Assembly: GCF_009914755.1 (NCBI RefSeq) | Contig: NC_060942.1 | Source of the DNA: the human T2T-CHM13v2.0 reference genome, Homo sapiens | Strand: one strand, 5' to 3' | DNA: 64,000 bases | Shown: piece after piece, positions 55,501 through 64,000 of the stretch | How the letters are laid out: each line of letters begins with the position of its first letter | Position numbering within the stretch: the first letter of the stretch is position 1 | Made by a program: the position numbers and the translations under genes | The notes under the pieces: model-generated | Databases searched by the model: none | The model's input: the letters and a program-made list of their open reading frames with translations, nothing else | What the model was told of the DNA's origin: nothing

Positions 55501-55826
55501 AGATGTACAGATGAGAGCTTGAGCGTGTGAAAGCCTCTTCCGTGCAATGAGTCACTGGGTAAATGCAAGTGAAGAGGACCCGGAGTTCCCATTGGCCTCT
55601 ACTGAAATGGTGAAACTGGAAAGGTTGACCGTACCACGACTGGACGAGGACGTGAAGGAATCAGAACTCGTGCACACCAATGGTAGGAATACAAAATGGC
55701 ACATCCACTTTGGAAAACAGTTTGGTAGCCTTTAAAAAATGTCAATATATTCTTCTTATCAGTATTTACCCAAGAGAAAAGGGAGCATATATCCTACCCA
55801 TACCTGTGCAAAAATGTTCATGGCAG

Positions 55827-56139
55827 TGAGGCAGCCAGGGGCCAGGGGTTCCCCAGAGAAATGCTAACCAGCCTGCACCTGGGGTGGAGCACGCAAGTTC
55901 ACACCGTCTGCAGCTGGGAGGAACTTCTTTTCCTGGGTGGTACCTGGGGTTTAATCTGTGGGGTGGGAAGCATGTACTAAAAGGATGCTCACTCAGCTGA
56001 ATCCCTGTTCCCCTTTTTTTCCCTTTTTGCCTCGTAAATCCCATTATTCTCACCATTCAGATTGTCTGCCAGCCTAATCTTTTGTGGCCCTGTGACAAGC
56101 ACCTCGTCGTTACCTGAACTAAGAAAAAGTCCTGCAACA
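55827..56139 (+). mobile_element. MER61-like (ERV1) solo LTR
   Basis: tgaggcagccagg...ctgaactaagaaaaagtcctgcaaca; perfect 4-bp TSD GCAG at 55823-55826 and 56140-56143. Confidence 0.85.
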
Positions 56140-56321
56140 GCAGCTTTACCTGTAATATCCAGAAATTGGAAATGACGTCACTGTCCCTTAAGGAGCAGCG
56201 TATCCAGACAACCAAATACTGCCTAGTAATAAAAACCAGGGAGCTGCTGATACATCAAGGACGAATCTCAAAAAAGTCATGCTGAGTGACGGAAGCCAAA
56301 CCATAAATGAGTACACACTTC

Positions 56322-56748
56322 TGTTAACTTCCTATTCCTTCCATAACAAATCACTGCACATGTAGCCACTTAAAAAAAGCACACAAATTTATTCTACAGT
56401 CGCGAAGGTCAGAAGCCCAAAGTGAGTCTCTTAGGCTAAAATCAAGGTGCTGTGGGCTGATTCCTCCAGGGGGCTGCAGAGGGGATCCGTTTCTCTGACT
56501 TCCAGCCTCCGGAGGCCACCTGTGGTGCTTGGCCCTGCTCCTGTTGTCACACCTCCTTCCTTGACTCTGTCCCCATTAGGACCCTGTGATGACACTGGGT
56601 CCACCAGACAATCCAGGACACTCTCCTCCTCTCAAGGTCCTTCACTGAATAGCATCTGAAAATTCCCTTTTGCCATGTAAGGCCAGGTATTTGCAGGTTC
56701 CGAGTATTAGGACATGGACATCTTGGGGGGCCATGATTCCAACTATCA
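56322..56748 (-). mobile_element. MLT1 (MLT1B/C-like) solo LTR
   Basis: ggctaaaatcaaggtg...gaggggatccgtttctctg...ccttttgccatgtaagg...attaggacatggacatcttgggg. Confidence 0.85.
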
Positions 56749-57059
56749 AGATACTATCTGATTTTATTTGCATGCAATTTTAGAAAATGCAAATGAACCA
56801 ATAATGAGAGAAAGCAGATCCGTGATGTCCAAAGGTGGAGGAGAAACAAGGAGGAGCAGAAGGGAGGGAGTACCCTTAGAGGTGAAAACTATGTTCACTG
56901 TCTTGATTGTAGTGATGCTTTCACAGGTATACACATACGTCAAAACCTACCAGTCATACACTTTAAATATGTGCAGTGTACTGAATGTGAATTGCACCTC
57001 AAGAACATAAAATAAATGTGTTCTGATATAAGACATCATAAAATTAATAGTTAACAGAA

Positions 57060-59320
<2,261 letters not shown>

Positions 59321-59828
59321 TTATGTGTTTAAAATGTTTTATACTTTATATGTTTTAATTATTTAAAACATTATTTTCACTTATTATTTTAAATTATTCT
59401 TTTAAAAGATAAGCAGAGTGCTTTTTGGGAACGACGCCCAGGTGAGACACAGCGGTTGCTCCCGGGATGAGGGCGGGATGCATCCTGAAGGGGGTCCCAC
59501 TGCTCCGCCTGAAGGATGAGGAGGAACCAGCGAGTTCCTGGTGGAGGAGGAAAGACAGACAGGACATGAGACAGAAGCAGGTGGGGCTGTGCAGACCAGC
59601 GGACACTGGGGGCTGCAGGAGTTCTGTTCTGCGGCGGCTCTCCTGGCAGTGGAGGTTTGGAAAGATGGAACTGAAGTGTGGTTCTTTAGAGGGGCTTCAC
59701 CTACTGAGGGATTTGGGGTGTCTGCGAGGCACTGGAGTGTCCACTGGGAGTTTCAGAGACAGGCCTGAGGTGCCACCTCCTCCCTGCGCGGCTGGGTTCC
59801 AGTGGGTCAGCCTGCCCTGCTGACTGTG

Positions 59829-59854
59829 AACTGACTTCCTCTCTGGGGAAATGT
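59829..59854 (+). repeat. 26-bp sequence duplicated exactly at 61361-61386
   Basis: aactgacttcctctctggggaaatgt is present at both positions. Confidence 0.95.
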
Positions 59855-60037
59855 TTCTTTCCTGTGATGTGACCCGGGAACCTATCCTGGGGGATTCAGG
59901 TCTCTTATTGCAATGCACAGTTCTTCCTGCTGCACAGTCCTTCCTTCCCGACCGAGCGGGCACCTGCCTGCACAGCAGGGCAGCAAGCATCCCCCAAGCA
60001 CGAGGCTGGCTCATGCCCCAAAGGGCATCTCCCTGAG

Positions 60038-60188
60038 GCCTTACAACAGCCCCATGGGCAAGCCCCTGCTAATACCATCCTTTACCCATGAGGAGGCATT
60101 CACCTGTGACCTACTTGCTCAGGGTCACCCAAGAATTGCAGAGACAAGATTTTAAACCTTGACTTGCACTCCAGAGCCTGCAGGCTTG
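60038..60188 (-). mobile_element. MIR SINE fragment
   Basis: ccttacaacagcccc...atcctttacccatgaggag...acttgctcagggtcaccc...ctccagagcctg. Confidence 0.7.
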
Positions 60189-61275
60189 AAAACAGGATGG
60201 TCTCATTATCTTGGTATGAGATCATCACCGTGTTAAATGGGCAGTGGCTGCTGCTTCTGTAGTTTGTCTCGGCAATTCTAGAGAAAGTCTGTTAGACTGT
60301 TGGTTTGCAGTTCTGGCTAAAAGGGAAGTTTGGGTCTGCCAGGAAAACATGAGATTACTTAGGTATGCCATGGGGTCAGTAAGGCTTTAACTTTGTTGCT
60401 ACTGCTTTACTCAGGCATGGGCTGTGGAGACATACTGAGTTCTGAGAAGCAAAGGCCATAATAGAGAGGGCGACTTCTCATTATAATTGCATATAGTGAA
60501 AATAAAAAAATAGAAACAGCTAACGCTGCAACAGTTTGAACAACAAAATAGGTAGGGATATGTGAAATTCTACTATTGCCTGAATTTTTCTTTAAATCTC
60601 AAACTGTTCTAAGGAATAAAGCATGTTAAAAACAAACCAACAAAAACTGACTGCATCTAAAATCCATATAATTTTAGCATTCATGTTAGAGCCACTGCCA
60701 GTGAGAAAAGTAGTTTTATTTCATTTTTATTTTATTTCACGGAAACAGTTGAGAAAGGTGCTTTGCTAACTTTATCTGCTTAGTAGTTTTAACAATGGCA
60801 AAGTAAATTCTGAAATTTGGTTTAAAAACATTGCTCCCTGGTGGACACCTTCTATACCAGCTGCCATCTGAAAATGAATTTTCACAGCTTAGTTTTAAGC
60901 ACCTTGAAAATGGGAGTTTATAATGGAAGTGCTGACACATTCGGAACGAGAGTGGTGTGAATGCACTGCCATAATTTATAATGTCAGCCCATATTCCAAC
61001 GCTTTCTCTATGTACTGTGCTGTGAACAAATAGGCGAGGAAGGCACTGCAGTGAATTATTGTGCAATTAATCATTTGACCATGAGGGATTCATTTACTAA
61101 TTAAAAACGCAAAAAGAGTAAATTGAAATAACCAGTGACTACTAAATCACGTCTTCTGAAGCATCAGCTGCATTGTAATAAATCACAATGTATCCATCAG
61201 AGTCATGCCCATTTGGACACCTGCACTTCAAGGCTGCCTAAAGCATTAGCTCCTTCCGTGTGCAGATTCTCTTCA

Positions 61276-61447
61276 TATACACATAGCAATATCTACACAG
61301 ACCTATGATACATATACATACACATGCATATATACCAACATATATAACTACATGTATGTAAACTGACTTCCTCTCTGGGGAAATGTAAATTACATGTATG
61401 TATGTGTATAGATTATATATGTGTATATATATGCATATGCATTCATG
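61276..61447. repeat. (TA)/(CA) low-complexity tract with a 30-bp foreign insert
   Basis: Seen directly. Confidence 0.9.
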
Positions 61448-62642
61448 CAAATTTAAATTCTAAAAAATAAAAATGGTCAAAGTAAAACTGGGAGTAAAAA
61501 AGTCATATGGAATATAGAAGAATAGATATGTATAAGAACATGGTGGCCTTATACTTTACGTCTCATTGCTTATAGCATGTTGTTTATATTACCTTGGTGC
61601 TTACACTTGATATCTTGATTCTTTTGGTACAGGTTATCCCCTGAGCACCCTCACTAACCCCTATTCTATTCAACTATTATTTGCACACTTTCCTATTTTC
61701 CCAAATTACCGACTTCTGATTACTTAAATACCAGGCAGTATAGCAAGATAAAATTAGAAAACTTCACACTTTTCAACACAACTTTGAGATTTTCTCATGA
61801 AAAATTTAGTGAAGCCACAAAGCGAGTCGGTCCCAGGCAGAAATGATCGTTTTGTCACTCTCTCAGATGTGTCTGGTGTCCTTGGATTCTCTTTTAGTTC
61901 ACTCTCTCTCTTACACTAGGAGACGGGGAAGATGGAGAGAAGCTGCCTCTATTTTCCAGGTTTAGCTGCCCCGCAGGACAAGGAAGTTCTTGCAATCTCT
62001 TGAATGGTGCAAGAGAAACAGAGACCATAGGAGAGGAAGGAGGTGAGCCAGGGACAGGGGGAGGCAAGTGGGCCAGTATTGTTTAAATGGAACATCTCAA
62101 GTGTGGACAGAAGGAACGTTGTGGACGCTGAAGGCAGAGATGAGCACAGATGCCACAGGGTGGGAGAAGTGAGTGGCACTGGCACCCACCAGGAAGGTGT
62201 GGCTGTGTGGCTCTGAGGCTGCCTACCTCCTCCCACTCTGACACTTTCTCCTCACTGAGGTTGGGAAGTCCATGCAATGCTAGAAAAAAGTCTTCTGACG
62301 GCTGACGGTGCAGCAAGGGAAAGCATTCTTATCAAGGGGGAAACAAGATGTGTGGCCCCGTTTCACAGTACGTGAGCAAGCGTTTCCATGCCCTACCAAG
62401 GGAAGGTGCTACCAACATGAATTCACTCCATGCGTGTGCATTGAGCACCTGCGGTCTGCCAGACATGGGTTAGGAGCTCCGAACACAGTGGGCCAAACAG
62501 ACAGGGCTCAGCCCTGCTAGTCCTTTTTATTCCCGAAGGGAATGATGTAAAATAAATGAGAGGGAGTGTGGGAGGGAGAGAGAGAGACGTTTTATCATGT
62601 GATGATGCCAGTTGTGTAAACATAATTTTGGGAGTAACCTGA

Positions 62643-62898
62643 AGTATAATATTGACTAAGTGCTTGGATTTTGGAGTTAGACAGACGGGAATTGAAAACT
62701 CAGCCCTGCACTTCCCAAGTGGCTGACCTGGGGTTATGGATGGAACTTGGTTATCTGGCCTGCATGCTCCTCAACTGTTCAGCGGAGCTGTGACAACCCC
62801 AGCAGAAGGAGTTTCAGTGAGGATTAAAGCAGATAATGTTACAAAAGCCTAGTTCACATGTGACACTGATAGGTGATCAATAAATAATAACGATTATT
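62643..62898 (+). mobile_element. MIR SINE
   Basis: ggattttggagttagacagac...ctcagccctgcactt...gtgaggattaaa...tcaataaataataacgattatt. Confidence 0.8.
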
Positions 62899-64000
62899 TT
62901 AAGCTACATTGTATCTTCCTTTATTATTAATAACTTACATGTTCAAAAATTTTACTCTTTCTGCTTTTTTTTAGTGCAGCACAAATTTTAATTTACCTCA
63001 TTGTCCATTTTCTGCTTTCTTTCCCAGTTTCACTACAAACGTTTACTCATGTTTACTGTCCTCTTTGTTTCCTCTCTCCTCCCTCCTGACAGTGACTCTT
63101 CCGTGCAATACACAGCACAATAAAAAGTCCATTAGTGTTAGTTGAGTGAGTAAAAATTATTGTATATAAGGAGAACTGCAGACAAAATGTACTTAGACTT
63201 TTAAAAATCCTTTGATAAGGTTTTATACCAAATGTTATTAAGTATTCATTTATCAAGGGACTGGGGAACTGATTTTTGTGGATCCCTGGAGATCTTGGTT
63301 AGAATAAACGTTACTTAATAGCTTTTTAGATGATCTGAAGGAGCAGATAGTTTTTGTTTCGTTTGTTTGTTTTAGTTTTAAATAATACTCTGCCCTTCTG
63401 ACCAGCACTTTATGACTGTAAAACACAAAATGAGAGTCAGAAAGCATGGATTCTGGTTTGAGAATGTCTCTGGTGAAATGCAAGTCATTTCAGTTTAGGA
63501 GCATCACTTTTTATCTGTGAGATGAGAAAGGTGAAGTAGAGAAGATTTTAGCAGCAGAAACTCCCTTTTCCAAATTAATTCATATTTATACAACATGTCT
63601 CTGCTTGAAGTTCTTGGGAAGCTTAAAGCTGTGGGGAGAAGCCACAGTGGAACTGGAGCATCCTGGGTCTCCCACCAGCCTCTGTATATGGAGCACACCC
63701 AATTCTGTCCCTTCTGTCCGTTCCTCTGAGTGCTGGATCTCAGAATCTGGCTTTTCTACTGAGAGCACCGCCTTTAAATCTCTCAGGAAGCTCAAATCCA
63801 GTTGTCCACGATTAAGTCTGTAATCTCTCTTCACACGCACCATGTCCGTATGTCCTCTAAATTCCTACAGTTGGGAATGTCATTACCCAGGGCAAGGTGG
63901 ATTCAGGCTTTGTGGAACATAAATCTTTATTAATTTGATACAGCGGATTTCCAAGGAAAATGGTACAAAAGCATGAATAAAATATATAGTGCAGGGCCTT

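Larger units (their letters stand above)
54420..57016 (+). mobile_element. L1M (L1MC/MD/ME-like) ORF2 3' half and 3'UTR, with nested MER61 and MLT1
   Basis: RT-region motifs (tcacttctattcaacactatactgggg, aacatgatcatctac, aaatatttaggaataaatttaacaaaaga) and 3'UTR tcttgattgtagtgatg...cactttaaatatgtgcag. Confidence 0.9.

Overview
This is primate (human-like) non-coding genomic DNA, shown by AluJ/S/Y, THE1, MLT1/MLT2, MER61, L1, L2, MIR and Tigger1 copies. I find no credible protein-coding gene, RNA gene, CRISPR array or prokaryotic system. The listed ORFs come from repeats, microsatellites or GC-rich sequence. The only real coding remnants are decayed transposon ORFs (Tigger1 transposase, L1, a probable hAT transposase). 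Outside the repeats there is an orphan CpG island (~11.5-12.3 kb) with a strong CTCF motif, bracketed by an unexplained 87-bp direct repeat. There are also several repeat-free blocks rich in HOX/PBX/MEIS/SOX/FOX motifs that look like developmental enhancers in a gene desert or large intron. Smaller structural oddities include a 26-bp templated insertion with a 12-bp flanking duplication, AT-rich palindromes, and tandem arrays born inside LTRs. Repeat families were recognised by eye from remembered consensus sequences, so subfamily calls and most boundaries are approximate. I cannot identify the locus. I do not see a convincing new biological system; the findings are hypotheses to test.
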